The notes under the pieces: generated by a model | The model's input: only the letters and a program-made list of their open reading frames with translations | What the model was told of the DNA's origin: nothing | Database searches by the model: none | Made by a program: the position numbers and the translations under genes | Shown: piece after piece, positions 11,562 to 27,830 of the stretch | Layout: each line of letters begins with the position of its first letter | Position numbering within the stretch: position 1 is the stretch's first letter | Source of the DNA: Octopus vulgaris | Taxonomy: Eukaryota | Reading direction: 5' to 3' | DNA: 64,000 nucleotides | Assembly: GCA_951406725.2 (NCBI GenBank) | Contig: OX597822.1 | Span: 79,422,001-79,486,000, forward strand

Positions 11562-11565
11562 ATAC

Positions 11566-11617
<52 letters not shown>

Positions 11618-11634
11618 TATAAATATATGCATAT

Positions 11635-11711
<77 letters not shown>

Positions 11712-12024
11712 AGCATATATGGGTACATGGCATCAAAAAAGCCTTGAACACAATGAGAAACGGAAACATAAAAACAATAACATAGAAACGAACTTTTAGT
11801 TTCGAACAACGATAAAACAAACAGAGAAATGGGACATGCAACATAAAGAATATTCCCCTTCTTCAGTTGTCCCTGTTTCATCTACTCCGCGTTTGCGTTC
11901 ACAGGTCAACATTGCATTTCATACTCCGGTACTCAATAAAGTACCAATTGAGTACTAAGGGTACTCCTTTAAATTTTTGACATTGGGATTATACATAAAA
12001 TTATTTGTACAAAAGGGTAGGGTA

Positions 12025-12219
12025 TTGCGGAATTGTTAACACGCCGGACAAATTGCTTAGCGGTATTTCGTTCGTCTCTACGTTCTAAGTTCAAATTCCG
12101 CCGAGGTTGACTTTGTCTTTCATACATAAAATACCAGTTGAACATTCGGGTCGATGTAATCGGCTTGCCCTACTCCCACGAAATTGCTGGCCTTGTGCTA
12201 AAATTTGGAACCATTATTA

Positions 12220-12266
<47 letters not shown>

Positions 12267-12520
12267 GTTATTATTATCATCATCATCATCATCACCATCA
12301 TCATCAACGCGGTGAGGTGGCAGAATCGTTAGCACGCTGGACGAAATGCTTTACCGGTATTTTGCCCGTCGCTACGTTCTGAGTTCAAATTCAGCAGCGG
12401 CTAACTTTGCCTTTCATTTTTCCGGGGTCGATAAATTAAGTGCCAATGAAACGCTGTGGTCGATGTAATCGACTGGTCCCTTCCCCACAAATTTCAGGCC
12501 TTGTGCCTTTGGTAGAAAGG
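12025..12520 (+). mobile_element. Two SINE family A copies with (ATT)n tails
   Basis: Family A motifs at 12025-12212 and 12308-12520. Confidence 0.85.
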
Positions 12521-12580
<60 letters not shown>

Positions 12581-12741
12581 GTTATTATTATTATTATTAT
12601 TATTCATCAGAGTCGACGGAGCACTAATTGTAGTATTTAGGCATGTCCTTTTGCATTTACAGTTCAATTCCAACCGGAGTTAATTTTTTTTACTTTCATC
12701 CTTTGTTTCACTTGCTGAAAAATCTGCTTCAAATTTCACCA

Positions 12742-13290
12742 TATGGCTGAGTTGCTAGGAAGCTCGCTTCGCAACCACGTGGTAACGGGTTCGGTCTCTT
12801 TGCATGACACCTTGCGCTAGTGCCTTCTACTACCACCTCCGAACCGAATAGTGCTTCCTGAGTAAATATGGTAGACAGAAAATCTGGAAGACTGTCGTAT
12901 ACATACATACATACATACATACATACATACATACATACATACATACATACATACATACATGCATGCATGCATGCATGCATGCATACATACATACATACAT
13001 ACATACATACATACATACATACATACATGCATGCATACATACATAAGTGTGCGGGCACGCGCGTGTGTACCATTCTGTTTGTTCTCCTTCACCGCTTGAC
13101 AACCGGTGTTGGTTTGTTTACGCTCCCGTATCTTAGCAGTTAGTCAAAAGAAACTGATAGGACTAAAAAAAGAAGAAGAAGAAAAAAAAAACTGGCGGCG
13201 ATTTGCTCGACTAAATCCTTTGAAGGCGATGCCCCAGCATGACCGCAGTCAAATAACAGAAACAAGTAAAAGATAAAAGTTAAAAGATAT
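12742..13290 (+). mobile_element. SINE family B with internal (CATA)n
   Basis: Degenerate head, CTTGACAACCGGTG body, GTAAAAGATAAAAG tail. Confidence 0.8.
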
Positions 13291-13720
13291 CCTTTGAAAA
13301 AAAATCACCCACCCACCCACCCACACCCTCGCAAAACAAACCTCCCCCCACCCACATAAATTACCAGTCATATATATGGGTTCGGTTCCCTTCTTTTCAT
13401 AAAGAGGTCTTATTTGTTTCTTACATTGACGAGTTCCAGGTCAGCTCTGCAATCACAAATAATTGCTCAAAGGAATTCTACCCGTGACCATCTTGTCTAT
13501 TTTTTTTTTTTTACAATATTATCCCGTGCTTGCTTCCACTTCCTAAAATGGTAGATGTGATTTGTGGGGGACTTGACTGCTATTTCTAGCCAGGCAAGCG
13601 ACTATATAGATGTTTCAACGTTGTGGGTTTGAATGTTACATTTTTATCAACCATAGATTGCTAACATATGGACATGATTATTTGTATGTATGCGTGTGTA
13701 TGTGTGCATCTGTTTATATA

Positions 13721-13779
<59 letters not shown>

Positions 13780-13961
13780 TGATATTTGTGTGTGTGTGTC
13801 TTAATCTGTTTGTATACGTATGTATGTATGTATGTATGTATGTATGTATGTATGTACGTACGTACGTATGTGTTTAGGTATTATGTATGTGTATACAGAC
13901 ATATGTACATTTATATGTATATGTGTGTATATATATATATTTATATATATTTCATGTGCTT

Positions 13962-14033
<72 letters not shown>

Positions 14034-14155
14034 TTGCCCAACGTACCCGTACACTCGGATCGAAGCAGGCTCAGAAGCGAACTTCAAAACCATTGTATCT
14101 CATTAGCATTCATTGCAAACGCTCACACACGCACACAGTTACATATACACCCCCA

Positions 14156-14244
<89 letters not shown>

Positions 14245-14270
14245 ACGCACAAACATACATATACATTATG

Positions 14271-14329
<59 letters not shown>

Positions 14330-14672
14330 ATCTTTAGATACACTAACATTAGGAGATGCATACATATACATATGTGTGTGTGAGTGTATGTGTATGCGTA
14401 TTGAAAGTAGATAGCAGGAGATTAAACTGTAAGGAATAATATTTAAATAGACATAGAAATCGATAGAAAGGAAAAAAGAGCATGTATACATGCGAGAGAG
14501 TGTATATTGTTAATCTCTTAACCGACACACTGTCAGATAAGGTATTGAATTTCATTCTCGTAATGACACACTGTAAATAGGTTCCTGTCATGAATAGATA
14601 TTTGTGTGCAAAAAAACCTTTATATGTACTAGCCTAATACCCGTCGTAACTGAAGCAAATAAAAGAATATGC

Positions 14673-14739
<67 letters not shown>

Positions 14740-15569
14740 AGAGAGAGGGTACGTACGCCGCTATATATATATATATATATGCATTTGTCTATTATACATG
14801 CATGTATATTTTTATATTTTTTATGTATGTATATACGTGTATCTGCATTTTTGTATCATTCAACTACAGTAGTAGCTAAATAATATTCTTAAGGCTGCAA
14901 TTTACTCACACGCAGCTTGTCGCTAATTCAGTTCTTAACCAAACGGAAAACCGTTAACATTTTTGAAGAGGACTGGACCCTAGCTACATTTTGGCATAAA
15001 AAAAATTAGGATTTAGTTCAGTAGGAAAAAAGTTTACAAAAAAATTTGTAGCTACGTTATAGGAGAGTAAGTAACGCCACCAATCAAGTTTAGATCAAAT
15101 AACTTCTATATTTTAAAAGCAAAGTAATTTTATCTTATCTTCAATGATAGAAGAAAGCATGAAGAATTTCAGTTTTGATCCCATGCAACAAAAATTTGTA
15201 TAAAAAAAGTTGTGAGGTAAAATATCATGAAAAAAATATAAGTAAGGCAAAAAATTGGATTTAAGTATAATTAACTTTCTTATTATAAAAGCAAACTATA
15301 TTTTAATTAAGTTTAAATGATAGAGCTCAATTCGAGGAATTTCATGTTATCAATTTCATGCAATGACGTTTTAAATGAAAAAAGTTATGCTTGTTTCTAC
15401 AAATTTGAGGGTGATAATATAGTTCTATATTTTTTTATGAGTATTGTTCTAAGAGACTTTTAATATATGTTACCGGTATCATTGAAATGAGGGAAAAATT
15501 ATCAATGACACCGCTAACTGACACATTTAAAACATTATTAATTAGCATAATAGCATAGCTTGAAAAAAA

Positions 15570-16045
15570 AAAAACATAGATTAAATGGAAAAATGCGAGC
15601 AAGAGAAATAATATTCTTAAGATTATAAATCTGGAGAATTACAGGACAAGTTATTACACTTGGAAAAGTTCAGGACAAGTTATTACACCTGGTAAAGTAT
15701 AGGACAAGAAACTTTTTACTTAAAATATTGCAACCAAGGATAAACTATTTTAATAGAGTTATTTTCTATTTTTAATAGAAGTAACAAGCAATAACAAATA
15801 GAATAACTTGTAATAAAATTTTAGTTTTAATAAAAGCTAATATTTTCTAAATTCATTTTATTCGAAATTTTATCCTTAGCTGCAATATTTTAAGTAAAAA
15901 TTATCTTGTTGTGTACTTTACCAGATGTAATAACCTGCCCTGAACTTTTCCAAGTGTAATAACTTGTCCTGTAATTTTTCAGGTTTATAATCTTGAGAAT
16001 ATCATTTCTCTTGCTCACATTTTTCTATGTGATGTACATGTTTTT
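15570..16045. repeat. Foldback: about 170-bp inverted arms around about 120-bp AT-rich spacer
   Basis: 15587-15744 is the reverse complement of 15868-16025; each arm holds about 30-bp subrepeats CAGGACAAGTTATTACAC. Confidence 0.9.
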
Positions 16046-16215
16046 ATATGTTTATCTCTCTATATATGAATATACATGTCTGTATATCAGTGTATGTGTA
16101 TATGTGTGTGTATGTGCATGTGTGTGTATAATTATGGATGTATGCATATAGAATGTAGCTTTCAATTATTGGGGAAATCAACCAAAAAGTGCTCCATCCT
16201 GTGCGAGATAACAGA

Positions 16216-16285
<70 letters not shown>

Positions 16286-17262
16286 CGAAAACAAAAATTA
16301 CAAGGTCTGATGTCAAATAAGTCAGCGTCGAATCAACGGCACCAAAAGACCGGCGCCAAAACGGCTGTACCAAACCGTCTCATACACTTCCACCCAACAA
16401 CTCTGCTTTTTCTTTCATTCTTTCATTTCCCTGCTTCCTAGCACCAACAAATCCATTGATTTCTACTTACTGTAGAAGTCAATAAATTGTCTCTTTCTCT
16501 CTCTCTTCCTATCTCTCTCTTTCACTTTCTTTCTTTCTTTCTCTCTCACACACTCGCACACACACAAGCACCAAATATACAAGTACAGAACCATATGCAC
16601 AGATGGAAGAAGTAATGAAACTGCTCTGTAGTGACTTATGGTGGGACATACAGGATCAAATGGTAAATTCATGCAAAGATATATGTATGAACGTGCAGAG
16701 TAATTATGGTCTCTTTGAAAAGGTAACGTTAGGACTACATGCATATATACGTGTATACATATATAAACACATAGACACGTAAACTCTCTCTCACACACAC
16801 ACATGTGTATATAGCTCTGGGTTTACGTATTCATAGCAAACATGGATAGGTTACTTACGATAAAGGACACGAAATGCTAGATGTTATGTTTTATTAAAAA
16901 CTGTCCAAAGAAGTACATTTTCTGTGTCCAAAGAAGTACACATCAGGAACATCTCTAACGTGTCGTCGCATAAAAAAATATATTACTGATTAAATATATA
17001 ACACATGCTTGTGTGCGCACACACACACGCACTCACACAGACACACAGACACACAGACACACACACACACACACACACACACAACTGACATCTGGTACCC
17101 GTTGCACCTGTACAGGTTAATGTCGATCTGATGGAGGAAGTGAGCTTATGTCTACACAAATATTTGATCACCATAAACAGATCATCTAAAAGTGATTGTT
17201 CGGTAAGAAATTGTCGAACCTTCATATGTCGTCTAACGACAGGAAAGTCCGTCGTATATATA

Positions 17263-17647
17263 TCTCTCTCTATATAAACGGCAGTTTGTCTGTGCGTGTT
17301 TCTGTGTGTCTGTTTGCTTGTACCCTCACTCTGACCACGGCTTTCAACCGATTCTGATGAAACTTGACACACACATAGCCCAATGTCATAATTCAAAACT
17401 AACGCAGCGAAAATTTTGAAAAGTTCCCCCAGTTCTGAAAAAAATCGATAAATTCGACATGGGGTCGAGAATCAAAAAAAATAAACCACAGACTGTCTAG
17501 GGGACGCAACTCAACCTTTTTTTACTCTCAAAAAAAATTTACCATCATTTTTTTCTATTTTTTTGCTATTTTTTGGCTATAACTCTCTAAAAATGCTTTA
17601 TAGTTATTTCCCTTACAAACCTGAGCAACGCCGGGCGATACTGCTAG
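17263..17647 (+). mobile_element. Complete non-autonomous Helitron, 385 bp
   Basis: A|TC 5' end, GT-rich simple repeat near 5' end, subterminal hairpin CCTGAGCAACGCCGGG, CTAG|T 3' end. Confidence 0.85.
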
Positions 17648-17830
17648 TATATATATATAAATGAATGGAGGAAAGCATTTTGAAGGACTGGAATATTTAG
17701 AATCCAAATTAGAATTACATAATCAGCGAAGACATGAAAATATTAAGAGATAATGATTCTGATGCTTATGGCTGGTTATTTTGATTTCTTCTTATCTGTA
17801 TGTATGACATAGATATGTACATGTACACAA

Positions 17831-17876
<46 letters not shown>

Positions 17877-18073
17877 GCACACACACATACACACCGACTC
17901 CTCCACCATAAATATTCCGAGCTTATTTCAGTCTTCGTCTACCGAATCCACTCACAAGGGTTTGGTCGGCCCGTGGCTATCGCATAAGACACTCAAGCAG
18001 GGAATAAACCTGATTGCAAAGCAATCTTCTTAACCACAAGGCAACACCTATGCGCATATATATAACTATATAC

Positions 18074-18127
<54 letters not shown>

Positions 18128-18140
18128 ATATATATACGTA

Positions 18141-18280
18141 CGAGTGTGTGCTGAAAAGTTCCTTCTGAGTTATTTTACAAGGCTTGCAAAAACTGAAGAA
18201 GCACTGCAATAAAATCATAATTAACTGAAACTCCTGTATTTACTTTTAGCCAAAACCAGGAACTTTTCGGCACTTCTACG
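18141..18280. mobile_element. Short mariner MITE
   Basis: TA|CGAGTGTGTGCTGAAAAGTTCC ... GGAACTTTTCGGCACTTCTACG|TA. Confidence 0.75.
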
Positions 18281-18528
18281 TATAAGTCGAACATAAAAAT
18301 TACCTTTGGCCATTAATACCATTTCCATCGTAACTAATGGTACATATAAACCAGGCACGTGCCGCCAGTAATTACTCAGGGTAGGAGTCGGTTACAGTAA
18401 AAGACACTGGTCCAAGGTGCCGTGTAGTGGGACTGAACACGGTGCCATATGGTTGGGAAGCAGGCTTCTTACCACATTACCACACACCTACTCCTGCGCC
18501 CCTTTCGCTTTCTCTCTCTCTCTCTTTC

Positions 18529-18577
<49 letters not shown>

Positions 18578-20016
18578 CGCCAGTGAGCTTATTAAAAATA
18601 TATATTAATACTGAGGCAGAAGTTATCAAATAAGTGCCAACACGCGAAATTCAGTCTCTTCAATCGATCTGCAGCTTCTGCCGACTAAGTATAAAAGTAA
18701 TTTATATATTCATGTTTTTTTTTTCGGTCTGTTTCCTCGTTTGTATCACCAATCACCCACCCACGTTTATAGACATACAGACACACAGACACAATACCTC
18801 TGCGTAAATGTTATGTGAATGAGTGTGCGCCCGTGCGTACCTGCGTGTTTGCGGGTGTGTTCACGTGTACAGTGTAATGCGAGAGATGAGACGTGACAAC
18901 ATGTTCTCCATTGTTATAGTTGAAACCTGGATTGAAACATATGGTGTAATGTTGGCAAGGTCAGTAATTATGGCACGTGTTAGAAACATGAAACCCTATT
19001 AAATAGAAGGGAGACATATAAGTAAATGTGACGGGTATTTCACCTGTTGACAGCGCGTGGTCTAATTGTCTGAGTGTTTCACTCACGATCACAAGGTCGC
19101 TGTTTCGATGCCTGAAGTGGGCAGTGCGTCAAGTTCCTTCCGTCCACCCAACTGTAAACGAATTCCAGCAATAGATGGGAAAATTAACCCTTCGACTGAC
19201 CGCCGTCCCGTTCAGCGGTAAGCGTTGTAATCTCAGCCACTAATACGCCACCGCCAGTTGGAGGCGCGTGGCCCGATGGTTTGGGTGTTGTCGTAAGATC
19301 TTAGTTTCGATTCCTGAACCGGGCCAGGTCGTGCTGTGTGTGTGTGTGTGTGTGTGTGTTTGTGTACGTCCACCACCGCTTGACAACCGGTCTCCTTTTG
19401 TGCTCTTGAATAAAACACTTCATCTCACGTTGCTCAAGCCCACACAACTGCAAATAAGTCCTAGCAAACGCTGGAAAGATAACCTTACGACCAACAAGCA
19501 TCCCGTTCAGGCGTGAGGGAAGTGTTAAGCTTCGGTGTTTTGAAACCCTAAGCGCAAGAGAAGAAGAAATAGCAACCATACATCCCTCAAAGCACACAGT
19601 ACTACCTTGAAAAATAAAGACTCAAGAGTGGTTGTATGGTAAGAATTTTCCTTCCCGATCACATATATATATATTTCTTACATATATATATATATGATTT
19701 CTCAAGCAGGCTGTTCTGTTGATTGGATCAACTGGAACCCTCGTCATCGTAACCGACAGAGTGCTAGTTATACTTCTACCAAATGTTGAAAAACATTCTG
19801 TTCTTAATTCCCAGCGTTTTTCTTTTCGAGCCCAGTGAAATTTTGAAATCCCTATCGACAATGTATCCTTGGAATAACCTTCCTCATAACCAAACTATTT
19901 CAAAATCATTCATTCTTAAAATTACTCCGTATGCTGATATAACTCATCTGGATAGTTATTTTCTCATGACTGACTCCTGTCTTTACCGAATCCTAACCAT
20001 TTCTTCCCTTTAAGTA

Positions 20017-20384
20017 CAGTAGAACCTCGCAATACATGTGCACCATTGTATAAGTAATTTTCTGTTCGAGCCGAGACTCGTGCGAATTTTTGTCTTTAAG
20101 TACGAGCGGAAATCCACAGTACGAACACACAAATCTTTAAGGTAATTCAGTTAATAAAACCAGTTTTCATATTTCTTTTGCCTTCTCTATTTCATAATTG
20201 TCATTTTACTTGTAACTACACCTTTTCTATTTTAAAACTCATAAAAAATTATTTTCGAGTGCCTGGAATGGATTAATTACATTTTAGTTAATTTCAATGG
20301 GGAAAATTGATTTGTAAACCGAGTAAATCGTAGTACGAGCTCGGTCATGGTACCGACTTAGACTCGTACTATCAGGTATCATTG
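20017..20384. mobile_element. pogo/Tigger-like MITE
   Basis: TA|CAGTAGAACCTCG left end, degenerate right end AGGTATCATTG, internal (GTA)CGAG motifs. Confidence 0.55.
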
Positions 20385-20616
20385 TTTAAGGCTTCATAAT
20401 TCTATGAATCATTATCATAATTCAGTTTAAGTGGAAATTTTGATCATGTTTATGTAAAACAATGACAGGTAATCTACTAGTATTTTCTTTAGTTCTGGTA
20501 AAACAGTTGCTCTTTCAGAAGCAGTTGGAGCATCGCAATTCCTCGTAAGACATGAACCACTTCAGAATGTTGCGTGTCAGAGTTGCTAAGTGAGACAACG
20601 ATCTCTTTATCTTTTA

Positions 20617-21017
20617 AAGGCGGCGATCTGGCAGAATCGTTAGCACGCAGGGCGAAATGCTTAGTGGTATTTCGTCTGCTGATACGTTCTGAGTTCAAAT
20701 TCCGCCGAGGTCGACTTTGCCTTTCATCATTTCGGGGTCGATTAAATAAGTACTAGTCACGCACCGGGGTCGATATAATCGACTTAATCCGTTTGTCTGT
20801 CCCTGTTTGTCCTCTCTGTGTTTAGCCCCTTGTGGGTAGTAAAGAAATAGGTATTTCGTCTTTCTTTACGTTCTGAGTTCAAATTCCACCGAGGTCGACT
20901 TTGCCTTTCATCGTTTCGGGGTCGATAAATTAAGCATTAGTTGCGTACTGGGATCGATCTAATCGACTGGCTCTCTCCCCCTAAATTTTGGGCTTTGTGC
21001 CTAGAGTAGAAAAGGAT
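20617..21017 (+). mobile_element. SINE family A, internally duplicated (two B-box modules)
   Basis: GTTCTGAGTTCAAATTCC at about 20686 and 20870. Confidence 0.9.
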
Positions 21018-21222
21018 ATCTTTATTTTTAATTTGTTTCAGTTATTGGATTGTGGCTTTGCTGCGAAAACCCCTTGAAAGGTTTTAATCGAAAATATAGA
21101 CATCGGTGCATATTTTTGTCTGGTACTTATTCTGTTAGTAACTTTAGCTGAACCGCTTAGTTATGGGGACGTACACAAACCAGTTCAGATTGCCAAGCGG
21201 TAGGAGTACAGACACAAACACG

Positions 21223-22656
<1,434 letters not shown>

Positions 22657-22766
22657 CAAAATATCCTGTTGCTGATGTTGAAATTCCAATGAAGGAGCTT
22701 TGGATCTAGGTTAGAAACCGGTTCTTTCCCTATTGGCAATAAATCTTGAAATAAACTGAATAATGA
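22657..22766 (+). mobile_element. Terminal 110 bp of the (CATA)n-associated retroelement
   Basis: Reverse complement of 4127-4225, embedded in (CATA)n on both sides. Confidence 0.8.
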
Positions 22767-23137
22767 CATACATACATGCTTGCATACATACGTACATACA
22801 TACATACATACATACATATGTATATATATATGTATATGCATGTATGTATAAGTATTTGTATATATGTATATATTTATACGTATGTATGTATATATGTATG
22901 TACGTATGTACGCACGCATGTATATATATATATATGCATTTGTGTGTCTGTGTCTGTCCCCCCCACCATCGTTTGACAACCGATGCTGGTGTGTTTACGT
23001 CCCCGTAGCATAGCGGTTAGGCAAAAGAGACCGAAAGAATAAGTACAAGGCTTACAAAGAGTAAGTCCTGAGGTCGATTTGCGGTGCACCAGCAAGGCCG
23101 CAGTCAAATGACTGAAACAAATAAATGAATGTATATG

Positions 23138-23209
<72 letters not shown>

Positions 23210-23356
23210 CATATATACGATATAGAAAACTTGATTTTTACTGGATCTCGACATTCATGTTATGCTTTATGCTAAATATTAAACGACTACATCTTTTTCA
23301 TAAGCTAACAAAGACCTGTTTTGCCCTGCTACTGGGTGGGAAATAGAAGGACAAGA

Positions 23357-23949
23357 TAATCCTTTCTACTAGAGGCACAAGCCCTGAAATTTTGAGGGAG
23401 GGGACTTGTCGATTACATCGACGCCATTACTCAACTGGTATTTAATTTATCGATGTCGAAAGGATAAAAGGCGAAGTCGACTTCAGCGGAATTTGAACTC
23501 AGAACGCAGTAGCAGACGAAATACCTATTTCTATTTCTGTATTACCCACAAGGAGCTAAACGCAGAGAGGACAAACAAGGACAGACAAACGGATTAGTCG
23601 ATTACATTGACACCAGTGTGTAACTGGTACTTAATTTCTCGACCCCGAAAGGATGAAAGGCAAAGTCGACCTCGGCGGAATTTGAACTCGGAACGTAACG
23701 GCAGACGAAATACCTATTTCTTTACTACCCTCAAGGGGCTTAACACAAAGGAGACAAACAAGGACAGACAAACGGATTAAGTCGATTACATCGACCCCAG
23801 CGCGTAACTGGTCCTTCATATATCGACCCCGAAAGGATGAAAGGCAAAGTCGACCTCGGCGGAATTTGAACTCAGAACGTAACGGCAGACGAAATACCAC
23901 TAAGTATTTCGCCCGGTATGCTAACGTTTCTGCCAGCTCGCCGTCTTGG
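23357..23949 (-). mobile_element. SINE family A trimer
   Basis: Three tandem modules; flanking direct repeat GAAGGACAAGA at 23346-23356 and 23950-23960. Confidence 0.9.
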
Positions 23950-24319
23950 GAAGGACAAGAATTATGACGTGTCTAAAGAATGATTCAGTAATACACTCCA
24001 CTCACTCACTCACTCACTGACTCACTCATTCGTTCTCTCATTCGCTCACTCACCCACTCACTCGCACACACATAGGACAGTTATTTTAGTAACATTGTAT
24101 ATATGTATCTTTATCTGTCTTCCTCACTTCCCCGCTCTCGCTCTCTCTCTCTCCACACACACACATGTATGGTTGTGTGGTAAGAGGTTTCTATCCCAAC
24201 CACATAGTTTCAAGCTCGGTCCGTCTGCATGGCACACCTGTCTTCTACTATAGCCCTAGGTCGATCGACCGAAGCCTTTTAAGAGGTTTTCATAAACCGA
24301 AACTGAAAGAAGCTCGTCG

Positions 24320-24643
<324 letters not shown>

Positions 24644-24823
24644 CAATATAAACAGCAGTTTGCAATGTTTCACCAAAAACGAGAATTACAAATATTTTTA
24701 GATGTGACTAGGGTGTTAGGAAACAACTACATTGCTAGAAGCAAGAGCTAAGGTGTTCTAAAGCTGTAGTTAACGCACACACGTACACATACACACACAC
24801 ATACATACATGCATACATATATA

Positions 24824-25712
24824 CATGGTGCGATGGGTAAATTGTTGCTATTTTATATTTTTAATTTTGCGCATGCGTATTGTTTGTTTTTGATATTGTC
24901 GACTACACTGTTTAGTAGGGTCAGTTGAGCACCGTCTGTGAAGAAAACAGTACCATGACGCAACTCACTCTGCCACAAATTGGAAACGACATGATGTACT
25001 GCTTGACATTGGCATCGGAGCTCCAATACGAACATTTCAGAGTGTTTGGGTGTGAATTTCAGGACATGTCGTGACCCCAAAACATGCACCGAGAGTGATC
25101 AAAATCAAACGTATGGCGAACATCCTGTTGTTTGGAGTACTCACTAGTGATGGCGACGTTATGCCTGCATTCATCTTCCTACACAGTCTCAGACTCAACA
25201 CGGGGGCCTACATCAAGTGCCTGGAGGAGGTAGTGCTGCCCTGGGTCAAGTAGGTGGCTGCTGGAAGACCCTGTTTGCAACAAAACTCTGCACCATGTCA
25301 AACAAGCAGGAGAACCCAGTCATGGCTGTCAGTCAATTTCGGCGACCACATCACCCCTAACATCTGGTCACCTATCTCCCAGATTGCAACCCCCTTGATT
25401 ATTATGTGTGCGGTGCAGTTGAGTGAGAGACCAACAAAACTCCTTGTAACACCAAAGATGAACTGAAGGCAAGGATTATGGCAGCATTCACCAGCTTAAA
25501 CGAGTAGACCGTCCAGATGAGTTGAGACGAAGTCGTCTGATGGGGTGGGGGTGGTCGTGGTTGAAGCCAATGGTGATTTTATTGAATAAATTTACTCTTT
25601 AGTATTTCGAGATACTTTCATGCAACTTTGGTAAATATATCTGTTACAATGAGATGTCAGTGTTATTTTCATTTTTGTGTAATTTAGACGACAGTTTATT
25701 CACCGCACCCTG
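24824..25712 (+). mobile_element. Deleted Tc1/mariner element, maT/DD37D-like
   Basis: Ends TA|CATGGTGCGATG and CACCGCACCCTG. Remnants FGVLTSDGDVMPAFIF..YIKCLEEVVLPW, QQNSAPC, SPDCNPLDYYV. Confidence 0.85.
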
Positions 25713-25718
25713 TGTATG

Positions 25719-25763
<45 letters not shown>

Positions 25764-26107
25764 ATGTATATATATATATGTGTGTGTGTGTGTATGTATA
25801 TATGTGTGTGTGTGTGTATGTATATATGTGTGTGTGTGTTTGTAGCTGTTTCCAACACTCACTGTATGACAACCGGTGTTGGTTTGTTAACTTCCCGTAA
25901 CTTGGCAGTTCAGCCAAAGTGGCCAATAGAAAAATCAACAAAAAGTACTGGGGCCGGTTTGTTATAAATCCACCAAAACGGTGCCACAGCATGGCCGCAG
26001 TCAAGTGACTGATACAAATAAAAGACATAAAGGGTACACACACACACACACACATATGCTCACGTAAGTCATATACTGAACAGATAATGCCATTAAGATA
26101 TACTATA

Positions 26108-26144
<37 letters not shown>

Positions 26145-26373
26145 TAGATAGATATAGATATAGGTATAGATATACTTACACATACATACATACATACATA
26201 CATACATACATACATACACATAAACGTATACACATGTGTGTGTGCGTGTTTGTGTTTGTGTGAGAGTGAGTGTGCGTGTGCTGGCGGGCGGGTGTGTGAA
26301 TGAATATAGAAAAAACAGGTTTAATAGATAGGATCAGCTCCTCGCACCACACCCCTTTATACGCTTGTCATTT

Positions 26374-26416
<43 letters not shown>

Positions 26417-26882
26417 GTCTCTTCCCTGTCTCTCCCCCTGTCTCTCCCTCTCTCTCTCTCTCTGTCCCTTTCTCTCTCCCTAGCTTTCTTCGTACATACT
26501 ACTCTAACGACTATACTATATGTATAACTGACAGCCGGCCCTATTTCACCAACCACCACACCACCATCACCACCAACACGATCGTGAGACACATTGGTAG
26601 AGGAGAGGGGAGGGAAATGCGGTAGGGTGGTGTGGTGGGGGATTTATAAAAGCTGTTAGGGCGGCCCCTAGATTACAAGCTGATGTTTCTTCTCACCTGA
26701 TGGCTTTTCAACCGTTTCACACACCTGGATTTTTCACACATTGACTATCAGTCTTGGGCGGTATATGTCAAAACCTCGAACTTATAATCGATCCTCTACA
26801 TGGTCACTGGATGTGCTAAAAATGGCAGTCAAAGTCCCCTAAAATCACACTCCACTATCTCATACCTGGAAGTACACATGGA

Positions 26883-26969
<87 letters not shown>

Positions 26970-27011
26970 ATGTCTGTCTTCTTTGTCCGTCCGTCTGCCT
27001 GCATGTCTGCC

Positions 27012-27052
<41 letters not shown>

Positions 27053-27053
<1 letters not shown>

Positions 27054-27433
27054 GAATCGTTAGCACGCTGGACGAAATGTTTAGCGGTATTTCGTCTGCC
27101 GTTACGTTCTGAGTTCAAATTCCGCCGAACCGACTTTGCCTTTCATCCTTTCGAGGTCGATTAAGTAAGTACCAGTTACGCACTGGGGTCGATATAATCG
27201 ACTTAATCCGTTTGTCTGTCCTTGTTTGTCCCCTCTGTGTTTAGCCCCTTGTGCGTAGTAAAGAAATAGGTATTTCACCCGTTGCTACATTCTGAGTTCA
27301 AATTCCACCGAGGTCGACTTTGCCTTTCAGCTTTTCGGGGTCGATTGATCAAGTACCAGTCAAGTACTGGAGTCAATGTAATCGATTTACCGCCTCCCCC
27401 CAAATTTCAGGCCTTGTGCCTTTAATAGAAAGG
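27053..27433 (+). mobile_element. SINE family A dimer
   Basis: Two modules, (AAT)n tail. Confidence 0.88.
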
Positions 27434-27565
27434 ATAATAATAATAAATAATAATAATTATTATTTCGTTTAGGTATAGTGATACTAATTTTTTTATTTAT
27501 TTATGCGCCCTTTTCAAGTCTAGCCAGACTCATGAGCCCGGTTTCCCGGTTTCTGTAGCGTATGT

Positions 27566-27830
27566 GTTGGTACCTAAACCAACCTTACCACATAAAACCC
27601 AACCGCAAACACAAGCAGCTGATATTTATTTCACATTAATAGTTTTCACATTTACTTCACATTAATAACTTCACATTACTAGTTTCATATTATCAGTTTG
27701 GTTGGTGATGGGGGTGGGTTGTGAGAAATATAGTAAGTAAAAAAGTAAAGTTCTTTCCTGAGTCATAAACTCATAAGGGGCCGGTATCCTGGTTTCCGTG
27801 GAGTATACATTCTCTACGTGGACGGGACGC
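27566..27830. repeat. Left copy of about 265-bp inverted duplication (partner 33284-33541)
   Basis: Reverse complement match; outer about 78 bp identical by eye. Confidence 0.92.

Noticed and set aside
14629-14660. Helitron 3' end on minus strand (CTAG with GACGGG)
   Set aside because: Hairpin incomplete and no matching 5' end identified.
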